DNA from: Amoebidium appalachense
Lineage: Eukaryota; Protista; Ichthyosporea
Reading direction: 5' to 3'
Length of the DNA stretch: 64,000 bases
Assembly: GCA_963693365.1 (NCBI GenBank)
Contig: CAVNZM010000008.1
Span: 3,191,572 to 3,255,571, forward strand
In this document: piece by piece, positions 1-22,783 of the stretch
How positions within the stretch are numbered: position 1 is the stretch's first letter
How the letters are laid out: every line of letters starts with the position of its first letter
Notes under the pieces: model-generated
Databases searched by the model: none
Seen by the model: the letters and a program-made list of their open reading frames with translations, nothing else
What the model was told of the DNA's origin: nothing
Position numbers and translations under genes: made by a program

Positions 1-286
1 CAAACATGGTGAAAAGTACCGGAATGTCGCTCCTGAAACTCTCTCGCATACTCAAGCAGTACCCCACCACATCATCGTTCTCATCCACACCAATCACGTG
101 TGCTTCTGCATCATGCATTCGTTTCAGCAGCTCGAAATTATGCTCCACCGTAACGAATCCTTGCGTTTGTGCCGTGTTTGGAGTCAGGTTTTTCCTGTGG
201 TTTTTCTGCTGCAGCGCCAATATACCGTGTAGATCCTTGTTTGAGGATGCAAGGCGGACAGTATACTTCGGGACGGAATGAGGCAT
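1..286 (-). CDS. GNAT-family N-acetyltransferase, bacterial-like; 3' part runs off the window
   Basis: Manual translation from ATG at 286: MPHSVPKYTVRLASSNKDLHGILALQQKNHRKNLTPNTAQTQGFVTVEHNFELLKRMHDAEAHVIGVDENDDVVGYCLSMRESFRSDIPVLFTMF. The VRLA..D..GILALQ, QGFVTV.H and VVGY motifs resemble Bacteroidota-type GNATs as I recall them. Absent from the ORF track because there is no stop in the window. Confidence 0.8.
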   Translation of the reverse strand, partial: MPHSVPKYTVRLASSNKDLHGILALQQKNHRKNLTPNTAQTQGFVTVEHNFELLKRMHDAEAHVIGVDENDDVVGYCLSMRESFRSDIPVLFTMF

Positions 287-2034
287 CTTGACGGAGAGAA
301 GTTAGGCCGATAAAGAGTGGTCTTATGGCGTACCAGTGCGTTACAGTTTGTGCGTAACTATGCTCGTGTGTTACTACATATGGAAGCAAAAGAGAGCGTG
401 TTGTTGTTCAGCGCAACCGCACAAGGATACGTCTACTGGTCCCGCAGTGAATGCCGTCTGCACGGTTAAACGTTTTGAATTAACTTTTGTGGCCGCTTTG
501 TGGCAAGGCCTCATTATCTATCCGGATAGGAGGCCTTGCTTTGTGGCCGACAACATGGTGAGTTTCTAGCCAATGATATTCGTGTACTCTCGTAAGGCTA
601 CACAGGCCGCTGACACTGGTTGCAAGTTGCCGCCGAACTTGGGTCTCAGTGACGAGCTACCTTTGAGGGGTCGGGTCTGAACAAAACAGGGCAACTGTTT
701 TGGGCACAAACTATCAGTAATATAAAAAACGAGTAGATGTATAGAATAATTAGAAAAGCCCTTTTGTATTGCTGTAGCTAGCGCAGTCAACCGATCGTGC
801 ACTCACCATGGGCATGGTCATGGGCAACCCGTCAAAGCTGTCGACACACTTCACAACAGACCATGCTAATACAATTAATTATATGTAGTGGCGTATTCGG
901 TCACCTGGCAGTTTAAAACCACATAAGCATCAATGAATCTGCTAATTAGAAGCAACTCCATAGTATTATGCTATTGGCAAAGCCCCACAGCGCTGAAACA
1001 TGTCACATGCCAATTGCGTGCTATGCCTTTGGAGCCAGAAGGTGTAAGTCAGGAACGTTCATGCACAAAAGCAATATCACATGTGCATATTTGCTGACAT
1101 GTAAGAAACGTCCAGCGTTTATTTTTACAATGTTGTGGCACAGCAGTGCTCTATGCATGTCTATGATTCCCCTACAGATCTAATATTAGATACAGTATAA
1201 AAACAGCACTACCTCAGGTCTAAATATGGCATCTTGTTATGAGAATGTTGCATTTATAGTTATAAGGAGACATTGGTTATAGAATAGGTAGGGAGTTTGT
1301 GATGCTATAATATTGAGATAACAACAAGACCAAACCGCTTACAGTACTATTATAATCGAGACAACAAAATCGACTATAAAAAAAAAACGTTATGAACCAA
1401 ACCTTTTTCATTCGTCGAGGCCTAGAAGAATGTGTCAGAGCAGTTTCTAGGTTGTGATCATCACACACACATGCATTCATACACAAATAAAACGGGCAAA
1501 CCCTAACAACCTTACGGCATGGAATCTAATAATTAGTAAATCTCAATCCTAATAAGTCCTTACCTTAGCTAGGAAATAGTGAATTTCGTCCTAACAAGTC
1601 CTTACCTTAGATAAAAAGCACTAAATATCATGCTAAGTAAGTTTTTCACATTCAAGCTACTCTACACACCACAGCCACTCTGTTGGAGTATCGGAAGGGA
1701 GTGGTACAAATGCAAGTGCTTTCCAAGCCGATTAAAACTAGATAAATACTGGAAACCTGTGTGCATTCATGGTGTTGTCTGTGTGTGTGCTGTTTATGTA
1801 TGTGCTTGAGTTATTAATTTCTATATATGGTCCGTGCCTGCAAAAAGTTAAATCATGAACGTGTCGCCTTCCTGCCTTTGATTGCGTGTGTGCGTGTGTG
1901 CGTGTGTGCCTCCCTGTGTGCATATGTGCATGTGATGGTGTGTGTGTGTGTGTGTGTGTGTATGTACGTGTATGTGTGTGTGTGTGTGTGTACACGTGTG
2001 TGTGTTCCGCGTCTGTTTATGTGTGTGTGTCTGT

Positions 2035-2076
<42 letters not shown>

Positions 2077-2118
2077 ACGCCTTCGAAAACCCAAGCGCCG
2101 AAGGCAGAACACTGTTGG

Positions 2119-5678
<3,560 letters not shown>

Positions 5679-6343
5679 CTGTGGGGTTAAGGGATATTTC
5701 GGTAATTTTTTTCCGTTTATTTGGATTTTTGGAAGGGGGTTTGTCAAGGCCAACGATGTGGTCACAACTGCTACTTTGGGGTGTTTCTTCTGTTCCAAAT
5801 TCGTTTGTTTTGGGGGTGTTCTGTTTTTCGACTTGTGTTTTATCCATTCTTTTTTTTTCTTTTCTTTTTTCTGTTTTTTTGTGGAGAGGGAAAGGGAGTG
5901 GGGGGGAGGGGAGTGGGGGGGGGAGGGAGGGGAGGGGGGGGGGGGAGGGGGGGGGAGGAAGGGGGGGTTATGATTCACGCCCAAAAGATATGCTCCTGAC
6001 TACGCGACATGGGGCATTATGACGAGGGGCAGATCCCGCACTTGTTCCCCATGTTTCTCACGCCAAAGCTATCGATCCGACTCCTTTATCGAACTTTTCC
6101 ACCAGAAAGAGGAACGTTGTGCATGGGGGGGAAGAAGAAGGAGGGGGGGGGGGGGGGGGTTTGAATGCTGTACACAGTGCGAAGAACAACTTTACAGAGG
6201 GTACAAAAATAAACATGCACGAAAAGGGGGAGGGGGGGGAGGAGGGGTAAAGGGGGGGGGGGGGGGGGGGGTTTGACCCAAATCATGACATTCTAAGTAG
6301 AGCCCATCCTCCCCGGTGCCCCGGGAGGAGGAGGAGGAGAAGT

Positions 6344-6378
<35 letters not shown>

Positions 6379-6511
6379 GGGGGGGCGCATTACGAATCGA
6401 TGCAGTCCTGGCACAGGGACTGGACGAAATGAAGATAAAGCTCAAGAAGACTGGCGGCAGTCTGTGTGTGTAGTGCCAGCGGAGGCGCCGGGGGGGGGGG
6501 GGGGGGGGGGG

Positions 6512-6945
6512 TTTGAATGCGTCAAAAAGTACGAAGTACACAAGAACAAACGGATAACACGATGCAGAATGCAAGCCATACATAAAGAGTATGCATAATA
6601 AGCAGAGCCCATCCTCAGGGGGGGCCCACGTCATCCACAGTACCCGAGTTTCGACCTATTCCCCTCGTTAACGAAACCCAACTCAGATACTGTTTCACTT
6701 GAACATGAGTAGGTCACCCGTCTTGATCAGAGACGAGCAGGGTTGCTTATGCAGGCAAGGGCAGTGGGAAAGGCCGGGGGTTAAAGTTGCAGCAGTAAGC
6801 AGAAGCAAGAAAAATATAGATAGGAACTCAGGAGACGGGGCTTCTAGGAAGCTCCCCCGTCGATACCTAAGTCGATACTTCCCTGGCTAACATACTACAC
6901 CAGCTGAAAAGAATTAAGTCCCGAAGGCCACAGAATTCGTAATCA

Positions 6946-6947
<2 letters not shown>
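6512..6947 (-). mobile_element. Poly-C-associated element, subfamily B, longest copy
   Basis: Near-identical to 50490-50797 and 51600-51704. Shares the core and the GCATTCAAA end with subfamily A; G-runs on both sides. The 6820-6947 extension is inferred from the flanking G-run. Confidence 0.8.
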
Positions 6948-6978
<31 letters not shown>

Positions 6979-8203
6979 GGTTGGCTGGTTGGTCAGAATG
7001 TGTTATAGTACAGATTTATGGCGGACAGCACCATCCAAATCATGCAAAACACAGGGTATTTTTCTTTATTTCTTTCTTTCTTTCTTTCTTTTTTTTTTTT
7101 TTTTTTCTTGGAGGGAAAGGGGTGGGGGGTGGGGGGGGTGGGGGGGTGGGGGGAGGAGGGGGGGGGGGTTTGATGCGGAACACAATAGGGGGAGGAGGAG
7201 GAGGGGGGGGGGGGGGGGGGGGGGGGGGGAGTTATCAAGAATATAAACAGGGGACGAAAGCCAAGGCGTAAAAGCAAATGGAGAGCAAAAGAGGTACAGG
7301 AAAGACAAAGTATGGGAAACGAGAAATGGAGGATGTGGTGTCTGGGGCCACAAAGGGACACTCCATGGTGGTGGGAGCACGGCGGTCATGTTTAGGGGCC
7401 CATCCGGGCGGCATTATGATCCCATCGGAATGCATGCATCTACGTCACATCGAATATATTTGGACGAGATCATGTTACCGGCATTTCCACATGTGCTGCG
7501 ACGATAAGCACTTTACCGTACTTCAACGATTACGGCTTTCCGGTAGAACTGAGCATGGTGCGTGGAAGCTTATACTGTATTCCTTCACATGAAATAAGCA
7601 CGGCTGCTTTTTTCAAAATTCTGGCTTAATGAAAAGAAAACAAAGTGAAATAAGATAAACATTAATAGCAGTTGTTTACGGTAAGGCGCAGGCCGCCGAT
7701 CCGGCAGACTTTCAGCGGCGGCCTGCCGGCTCGATGCATGATCGATTGATTGGCTTGCAAGTCATTTCACGGTATTCCTATCCAGAAATCCTAAAAGTCC
7801 ATGATAACAAACGGCGTTTGTTGTTATCGGTCGAATAGGGGCAAACCAATAGCTTTATAATAGCTAGACAACCAAGCGCCAGACACCCTTAAAATATTAA
7901 AGACAACACGAGGACAATTGCTATGTAAATATTGAAAGAACCCCGTCCTCTAATTCAAAATCTCCAGACATTTTTATTAGTGACGACCCTCTGCAGAACA
8001 AAAATTTGAGAGGTATTTGCCATCACTCATGCGATTTATATATATTGAAGCCTAAAAAAAACAATGCAATTATTTGAATATTGTAGAAACATGTTGTTAT
8101 TTTGTTTCGAGTAGATATTTATATCTTATTTTTATTTTTTTTGGGAAAGTCTGGCGATGGATAAGTGTTCTTAATAGGCGGACCGATCTGCCGCCCGGCT
8201 GGG

Positions 8204-8961
8204 CTATGGAAGATAACCACCCTGGGAGGAGAGGAGGGGGGGGGGGGTTTGAATGCGGAACACAGTACGAAGTACGCATACACGATGAGAAGCATGGTGC
8301 AGGACACATGCAAAGGCAAACATTCAAGTATGCAGCATCAGCCATGCGCACAGTATGCGTCATAAGCAGAGCCCATCCTCAGGGAGGGCCCAAGTCATCA
8401 ATTGCGTCTGAGTTTCGACCCCTTAGCCCGCGTATATACGACGCTCCAACTCAGACAGCAGCATCAACTGAACTTGGGTGGGTCAACCCGTCTTGATCAA
8501 AGACGAGCAGGGTTGCTTATGCAAGCAAGGTGAGCAAAACGGTGAAGATGTATGTGCAAACTAATGCAGTGCAGCGACAAACGCGTATGTGCTTACAGAT
8601 GCACGACACAGAGCAACCATGCCCGGTTGCATGGAAGTAAAGATGTCTGGGGGAGGGGATAAACACCTCGCATGCGTGACTGGCGCTGACCCTTCGTGTT
8701 CTTGTCCACCTGTGTGCACAAAGTGAGCATCACCTTCAAACCGTCCTAGGGATGCTTTGAAACAAATATGCTGAGATTGGAAAGCATTCGAATGGAGACT
8801 CGGCTTTTGTAGGAAAAAATCGACCAATGAACTATCGATTCCTTTCAAATATTGCATTATCCAGCAGGCTTCGAGCCTCGGATTGTTTTACTTAGATCTC
8901 GTGCAGTAGCCCGAAAAGACACATTGGCTTTTCTTGCACATCCTTCTCAGGGTCCTGCCAT

Positions 8962-8993
<32 letters not shown>

Positions 8994-9752
8994 CACCACA
9001 CACACACACACACCACCACCACCACTTACACACACACAAAAAAAAAAAGAAGAGGAAGAAGACGGAAAGAAAAATGAACAAACAAACAAACAAGAAAAAA
9101 CAGCCCACCTTCTTTGCCTAAAGAAGTGGTGGAACGAAGGTTCCGGGCTCCACCCATCTGCACTCTCACCCCCCTTGCCGACTGTTGCATACTTCCACCC
9201 GTCACTGTCCGTGTCGACCCCCCTCACATAGCCCCAATCACCAACCCACGACCACTGTTTGAACATGATGTTGGGGGGGGGGGGGGGGAGGGGGAGGGGG
9301 AGGGGGTTAGTGTCATTTTAGGCCCCTTCCCCTCCCCTTCCCCCCCCCCCCCCCCCCCCCGTTCTCCCCAAACACCTTCCCGCCAAACTCTCGCTCTCCT
9401 CCCCCTGAGCTTTCCCTCCCTCCTCCCTTCCATTACGCCATTAACCACCATCACACCTTCACAATACAATCTAAAGGCACACATGTCGCATCTTTTCTCA
9501 GTGTGCTTTGCTGTCCACCCAAAGTATCCCACCAGCAATACAGGGGCCACGTTCCCAACCCCCCCCCCCCCCCCCCCTCCTTGCACGTCCCCACAACTCC
9601 CCTCTTCCCTCCCCCCTCCCCCCTCCTCCTCCCCTCCCTCCACCCTCAATACCTCTTACCCACACAGAAACGTACACCCACACAGACCCTCACCCTCCCC
9701 ACTCTCTACAAAAAATAGCTCTTACCCTTGTGAACGAGTGCTTGTGATGAAT

Positions 9753-9792
<40 letters not shown>

Positions 9793-9804
9793 GGAGGGGG
9801 AGAG

Positions 9805-9835
<31 letters not shown>

Positions 9836-11775
9836 GGGGGAAGGGGGATAGAGCAAAGGTGGGAACGGGGGTATTGAGTAGATCCAGACCCGCTCCCCCC
9901 TCTCCCCTCAGCTCCTGCTCCCAGCCCCCCTCCCCCCCTCCCCCCCCCCACCCGGCGCCTGTCAACCCTTTCTCCTCACTCAAGCATACATCTTCTCTTC
10001 CTTCCGATGAACTTTGTTGGCGTGGGGTTTGGCAAATTTCTATTTCCTTTCCTTCTTTCTTCCTTCCTTCCTTCCTTTTTTTTTTTTTTTTTTGGAAGGG
10101 GGGCAGGTGGGTGGCAATGGTGACGGGAAGTGGGGGAGGCATGTGTGTATGTGGTGGTGGTGGTGGGGGGGGGGGGGGGTTTGAATGCGGAACACGGTAC
10201 GAAGTACGCATACACGACGAGAAGCATGGTGCAGGACACATGCAAAGGCAAACATTCAAGTATCAAGATCAGCCATGTGCACAGTATGCGTCATAAGCAG
10301 AGCCCATCCTCAGGGAGGACCCAAGTCATCAATTGCGTCTGAGTTTCGACCCCATAGCCCGCGTATATACGACGCTCCAACTCAAACAGCAGCATCAACT
10401 GAACTTGGGTGGGTCAACCCGTCTTGATCAAAGACGAGCCGGGGGGGGGGGGGGGGGGGGGGGGGAGGGGGGGGAGGGGGGGGGATATATGGAACCACAC
10501 ATTCTCATCAGGCAACACTACGTCATCGACGGTCCTCCTCCCCACCCCGTAGATGTCTGACCAGGGGGGTGGCCGGCTGGACCCGAGAGGGCCCCAGCCC
10601 CCAAACACATAGTACACTTGGTTCTCGCATATTTGCTGTGGGAAAGGAAAGAATTTATTATTGATGTGTTGGTGGGGGGATGGAAAAGAGAAAGGGGACA
10701 GAAAAAGGCTGCAACGGCTTGAAGGCAGGTAGAATGAGAACAGGTTTTTTTTTATTTTTATTTTTATTTTTTTAATTATTATTATTTTTTTTTTTTGTGC
10801 CGGGGGGGGGGGGGGGGGGGGGGGGGGGGAGGGGGGCGGTAGGAGTGATAAATCAAATGGAACAGATCAAAAAAGAGACCAGGGTGACAGGGTGGCACGG
10901 TGTGTGTGTGTGCATGTGTGTGTGGTGTGTGTGTGTGTGCGTGTGTGCTGTGCGTTTGTGTGTGGTTGTGTGTGTGTGTGTGTGGTTGTGGTTGTGTGTG
11001 TGTGTGTGGTTGTGTTTGTGTGTGTGTGTGTGCGCGCGCGCACCCGCGCCACGCGCGTGTGCAAGCTTGCTTGTGTGTGCCTTTGTGCGTGTCTGTCTGA
11101 ATAGCATCTGTCCATGAGTCTGTGTATATTGTGTCTGTGTATATTGCAAGGGTGTTTTCGTGTGTGTTTCCCAGGGGGGGGGGGGGGGGGTTTGACTACA
11201 CACCTCCACAAATAGTGGGTTGACTTTACACGGATCGATGGATAGGGGTCGACCCCTGACAGTGCAGCTGGCAGCCATCAAGCCCTGAAACCAATACTGT
11301 AGCGCATAGAACTGTACATGGGGGTTGATGTTGTGTGAAAGGTGAGTGTGGGAGTAAAAAAAAACGACACAGTGTGCATAGGGGGTTAATAACATGCTAC
11401 ACAGTGAAAAATAGAGAGAGTTCTGACGGGGGCCAAGCTGGAGCAGATAGTGAGGGGGCATTGGAAGTACCCCCGACCCCATCCCTCCGACCTCCTGCCC
11501 CCCCTCCACCCCCCCCCCCCCCCATCACGTCTTATTCACAACGAGATATAACCAGAAAATGGGATTTGCAGGCAGGGTAAAAATGGTCAAGGCTGTGAAT
11601 ATAAGCCCTTAAATTCCCTTTCTGGCTAATTCCGCACCTCCCCTCCCCCCTCCCCCCCCCCCCCTCCCCCTTCCTCTGGCGCCCCCCTCTCCCGGGACAC
11701 GCGTACACATGCACAGGTGCACGCGCACAGACATACACGCGTGCGCACACACAAAGAAAGAGAGAGAGAGAGAGT

Positions 11776-11806
<31 letters not shown>

Positions 11807-13153
11807 GGGGGGGGGGGAGAAGAGACCCCCCTCTTCCCCTCCCCCTTCCCCTCCTGCCCCGGCAAAAAAAAGGGGGAGGGAGGGGAAGGGGGGGAGGGGG
11901 ATCTCACACACATAACCCCCTTGAGCTCCAAACCACCCTTTCAAATCTACTTCATCCCTCCCCCCTCTGCCCCCCCCCCCCCCCCTTCCCCCACCCTCCA
12001 TCACCACCACCCTCCCCCCCCCCCCCCCCCCTCCCCTCTCCCCCCCTCCCCCCCCCCTCCCCCCTCCCCCCCTCCCTCCCCCCTCCCCAAAAACCCTTGG
12101 GGAGCCCCTAGTACCCACAAATACACACTAAGCCCCCAACCCCATGCCCAACACCTACATACTTGTTCATACCATACCTCCCCCCCCTCCCCCCCCCCCT
12201 GCCCCGAGGGCTATAACCAAGCACCCACGGATGCACACGCATGTCCTGTTCCAGTCCCCCTTAACTACACGCACACACACACACAAGCACTTTCCCCTTA
12301 TCTCCCCCCTAACACCCACACACATCCACCGCACCATTCTTACTCCCCAACCACCCACGTATGAACATGGACGTACAGACCTCCTCCGCCTCCAAGTAGT
12401 CCACCCTCTGTTTCGAAGTCAGGATAATGACCGTTCTGCCCTCAAAAAAGGCCTGTGTGACCACCCCTCCCTCCACATCCACCTTTCCATATGGTGTCTC
12501 ACGTGCCATGTAAGCTGCAACGTGGAGCGTGGGGGGGGGAGGTGGGGGGGTAGAGGTCATTTACATAACTCGTCCTGAGGAGAGGGGGGCTTCACGTCAC
12601 GGACTCATTTAAAATAGGGAAAACAGCAGGGAGCCAGGGGTAAATTCAGGGGAGAACGGTGTTTGGGGAGGGAGGGGGGGGGGGGGGGGTTGGACCTGAA
12701 AAAAGGAGCGAGACACGAGCTACACTCTTCGGGTCTTAATTAATAGAGGAACCGAGGAAGGCCATAGAATGTTCATATGCTTTAGGGAAAAGGAGCAAAA
12801 ATATCATGTCTCGAACCTCTAATTATAATGAGAAACAAGGGTTTATGAACGCGCACATGCAAGCAAGCACATAAAGATGCACCACCATTCCAAAAAAAAA
12901 CTACCTCAAGGTTGTTCGACATGGTCATGCTCCTGCAAAGCCCAAAAGCGCAAAATGCATACACAGCCACGGGCACGCACGCGCACGCATTCCGGCGCAC
13001 ACACACACACGCCATACCTGGATGAACAGGCTTTGCGTAGTAGGTGAGGGTGTGTTCAGTGACGTTTAGGATGAAGAAGCGGCGGCGCCAAGTGAAAAAT
13101 CGGTGGCCCCTTTTGACCAGCCAGCCTGTGCGAAACTCAGCTTTTGATGCCAT
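8204..13153 (-). CDS. PH domain + dysferlin (DysF) domain protein, ~239 aa, 7 exons
   Basis: Exons 13153-13018, 12514-12381, 11311-11204, 10635-10501, 9254-9109, 8709-8667, 8221-8204, all phase-consistent. PH: RTGWLVKRGHRFFTWRRRFFIL...YY...GKVDV...LEAE...QYWFQGL. DysF: ENQVYY..GGW...PPWSD...WSWVGDW...DSDGWKYA...FRQRRWTRTR. The last exon is least certain. Confidence 0.8.
8248..8648 (-). mobile_element. Subfamily A copy in the last intron of the PH-DysF gene
   Basis: Matches 2862-3262; G-runs on both sides. Confidence 0.85.
10180..10439 (-). mobile_element. Subfamily A copy, 5'-truncated
   Basis: A few substitutions relative to the 2862 copy; poly-G on both sides. Confidence 0.85.
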
Positions 13154-14222
13154 CTTCGTCTAATGCTTAGTGTATTCCTTCTCTCATTATTCTTAGAAAT
13201 GGGTGCAGGTTTATAAGTGGACAAAAAACATAAACCACTACAGTCACAGGGCCCAAAAAAAAACTTTGAATGAAAGGGAAAACAGTCAAGGCAGATCTGG
13301 GCAGATCCTGGCTGCGCAGGAACAAACACGGGGGATGGAGGAATGTTCCCTCGAAATAAACCTGAACCCAATCAAAAAAAGAGGAAATGACAGGAATAAG
13401 GGCATATGATTGGTATATTTTGGCGCCAAAAGATATTCATTGTACCTATTGGATAAGTATCAAGCTTTGGTAATGTCTGTTACGGGAGGCTCACTTCCGG
13501 CTGGAAGTACATGCATGCGCGTGCTGTAGTGGCAATGAACATTATGCGGTGATGTGCTGTATTTTCAGGATTTTAGAAGGCAGAACCGCTTGTATAAGCA
13601 ATATTGTGTATTGACAAAGCAATGTCAGTGCCAATCGGTATGTTTGAAAGGTTTTATGAGCCGTTTCATCTTTCGTAATGTTGTCAGCACTAAATGTCGT
13701 AATAATACCATGGCCACCGCCACCGTACTGTCGACACGACGTTACGTCACATGTTCAGTATCTTGATCATGAAGTCGGTTATAGAACTTGAAGAAGCTTT
13801 CGTATAGGGTTTTATTTTTGATCATTGTATCTCTGGGCTTCAAAATCCAATACTCTAATAAAGAATACAGCTTTTCGGCTTCAGGGACGTTTACCAAACG
13901 CCTCCGCTGGTCCGCGGCGCTGTGCACGTGACTGCATGCCAGTCACAGCAGTTGCAACTTTTGCAGGATCCGGAGAGGGTTTGAACGAGGGCAACCAGAG
14001 ACGCCCGTTAAGCTACCACAACTTTTTCCTGCCATTCCATCACCTGCTTTTTTTACAGTAACCCTAGCCAGTTTATATGATAGTATAGCCCCTCGGAAGG
14101 ATCAGTGCCCGTATCTGCTGGCAAGTGACCAAACAGTGCCCAGACACAATGGGTTTATTTCACAACCTGAGCCCTTCAGGTTCAGTGAGCCCGCAAGGCT
14201 TTCACTATGAATCACCAGCACT

Positions 14223-14592
14223 GAGCCGCTTCGCGTGGATCAGATATCTAAATACTCGGCAAATTTAGAGAACCTGGTTAATGCCGTTCTCTAAATATCT
14301 AAAAGTCTGTTCGATTTGTGTAGAGCAGTTTGGAAATTGAGTTATCTAAATTCTTAATCGCAATTCTATTGGATAAGAGATATTTAGGCTAGTTCCAAGG
14401 ACCAATCGTCTCATCCCAGACATCTAGAAGACCCCCTCCCCTCTTCCAGATGCGCCCATCTGAAGAGGGTCGAACTCAATCTAGATTTTACGCAAACGTT
14501 AAACATTTAACAAATCGATTGGATTGGAAAATTTGTATACGTAAATTTAACAATTTAGATATTCAGATATCTAGATCAACGCGAAGCGGCTC
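14223..14592. mobile_element. MITE-like non-autonomous DNA transposon (~370 bp)
   Basis: Imperfect ~30-bp terminal inverted repeats GAGCCGCTTCGCGT(G/T)GATC(T)AGATATCT(A/G)AATA; 3-bp direct repeat ACT at 14220-14222 and 14593-14595; internal reiterated ATATCTAAA motifs. Confidence 0.7.
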
Positions 14593-15047
14593 ACTACACC
14601 AGTTGTATGATGAAGAGTGGTTCAGTTTTAGCCAATCAAAACGGTGTTATGCAACCCTGGAGGAGGGTAAAAAGCATCACGATGTATAACGCCTGGTGGC
14701 CGAGCAAAAAAAGCAGAACCACACCACCACTACTGAATGAGAAACCAATTTGTAACAACGATGTTTGTCGAAATTACAGTCCAAAAGAATAATACGAAAA
14801 CTTCGTGAAAAATAACTACTTAGAAGGAAAGAAGAAGAAGCCCGTACCACTATTTTGTAGTGTTGCCTACGATATTCGCGTAAAACCACCATCACACGTC
14901 TACCACTGAATAGTTTTCTTTTCCCGAGTCCAGAACCTTGCTACAGGAACAAGCATTTTCGTGCTTATAGACTGGGATCCCGGCAAGTACGCAAAGACGT
15001 TCGAAAGGCTACGCGTAAATTGTGCAGAAAAATCTTGAAAAAGAGGG

Positions 15048-21070
<6,023 letters not shown>

Positions 21071-22003
21071 TGAAGAGAGAGCACGTGTTTGGGGGTTCTT
21101 TCCACTTTGTGTGTGTTGGGGGTGGGGAGGGGGGGGGGGGGAAGGGATAGCCGTTGGTTTGAGCGAGTGAAACGAACTTTTTTTTATGTGCAGGGGCTGC
21201 ATGTGTTGTATGATCTCTCTGGCCCCATCTTCTTTTTAGGACCTACTCTCATCTCAACGAAAGAGCGTAGAAAACATGCAGGCACGCACGCACACACATA
21301 CATACAAGCACACACGAGCATGTTCGCTTTTCCATCCGGATATGTGTAGCTTTTGAGCACCTCCTACACGCTTTTATTTAATTTGTAAATTAAGTTTTGC
21401 GGCCCATGTGTGTTGTCACCCTGTAGTACTATGCGGCAACGAGAGCAGCCGAGTCGGTTTTTGTGTTGTTTTTTTCTTTTTTTTTTTTTGTTTTTTTTGT
21501 TTTGTTTTTTTCCCTGTTCCTAGCTACGATCGATAAATCTTGCGCGTGTGAATACCTATCACACGAATAGCTCTAATGTGTCTATAGCTCATAAATGCAT
21601 AAATGTCTTGGCCAAGGGCCTTGCGGATTCGAAAGAATTAAAGTAAAATTTGTGGATCCATACTATGAATCAGTGTGTTTGAGATTTTATCCCCTCAATT
21701 ATTACGTTACATTTTATGTGCTCATTATCTTCTTCCATGGAAAGAAGTTTTACAAGGAACAAAGGGACTTCGAGTTTAACTTACCAACCACCGCATCTCC
21801 CATTTTAGGCAAAAAGTGTGCCCAGAATGACGTCACTCCCTCGATCGCTTGATAAGTTCGATAATTTCTTAGGCGGCGCCAGGGCAATTTGGAATCCTCG
21901 ATCGGATCAACCTCAATTTTGTCTAAAATGGGAGATGCGGTGGTTGGTTAAAAGGTGTTCAGATGAAGTGTTGCAGATTGCAATATTTCTAGTTTTTTTA
22001 TTT

Positions 22004-22038
<35 letters not shown>

Positions 22039-22041
22039 GGT

Positions 22042-22081
<40 letters not shown>

Positions 22082-22464
22082 TAAACTTTTTTTTTTGCGT
22101 GCAAAAACTTCCTGCCCAAGTTTCCATATATGTCTCGAGTCAGTCAGAACGCGCGCGGATTATTGTTTTTAATGCGTTTTCTTTCTTTTTTTTTTTTTTT
22201 GAGATTGCGATAATCCTACTTTTTTTTTTGGTTTTATAAGTATGTTTAGACTGTGAGTAGGGTCGATAGTGTGAAGAGATAACTTTGTGTGAGACATACA
22301 GATAGTCATGATCAGATGACAATTTGATACATACAGATGTGAGATAACAGTGAGATATACATGCAGGCTGTAAAGGCTTCATCCCAAATTTTTAGAGTGT
22401 GGCTTGCAGCTACTGACTGACACGCTGATGGTATTGGGTTAACGTTTTGGATCAGCTACCATGG

Positions 22465-22514
22465 ATGCTTTGTGTTTTATCCCTTTCCGTTAACGGTACA
22501 CGATGTATGCCCCT

Positions 22515-22563
<49 letters not shown>

Positions 22564-22720
22564 TGCTGATCCTCCTCTCGAAGCTCGACCTGGCGGGGCA
22601 GGGCACATGTGGTCCACTTTGACCCCACAGGCATTGTGCAGCTGGACCACGGCTGCGCGCGAAGGCTCAGCCTGGGCCCCGAGCTGGTGCTGCTGATGGA
22701 TAACACCATGGTGCACGTGG

Positions 22721-22783
<63 letters not shown>

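Noticed and set aside
6-281. + strand 91-aa ORF
   Set aside because: Antisense shadow of the GNAT gene.
1500-1640. Spaced repeats TCCTAA(T/C)AAGTCCTTACCTTAG resembling CRISPR or telomere repeats
   Set aside because: Two to three degenerate units, no cas genes, eukaryotic context; a simple minisatellite.
6386-6480. Non-repetitive island between G-runs reading ALRIDAVLAQGLDEMKIKLKK on +
   Set aside because: No start, splice sites or recognisable domain; could not be placed in a gene.
14085-14210. Cluster of small hairpins suggesting SRP, RNase P or MRP RNA
   Set aside because: Conserved boxes could not be matched, and there is no second copy for covariation.
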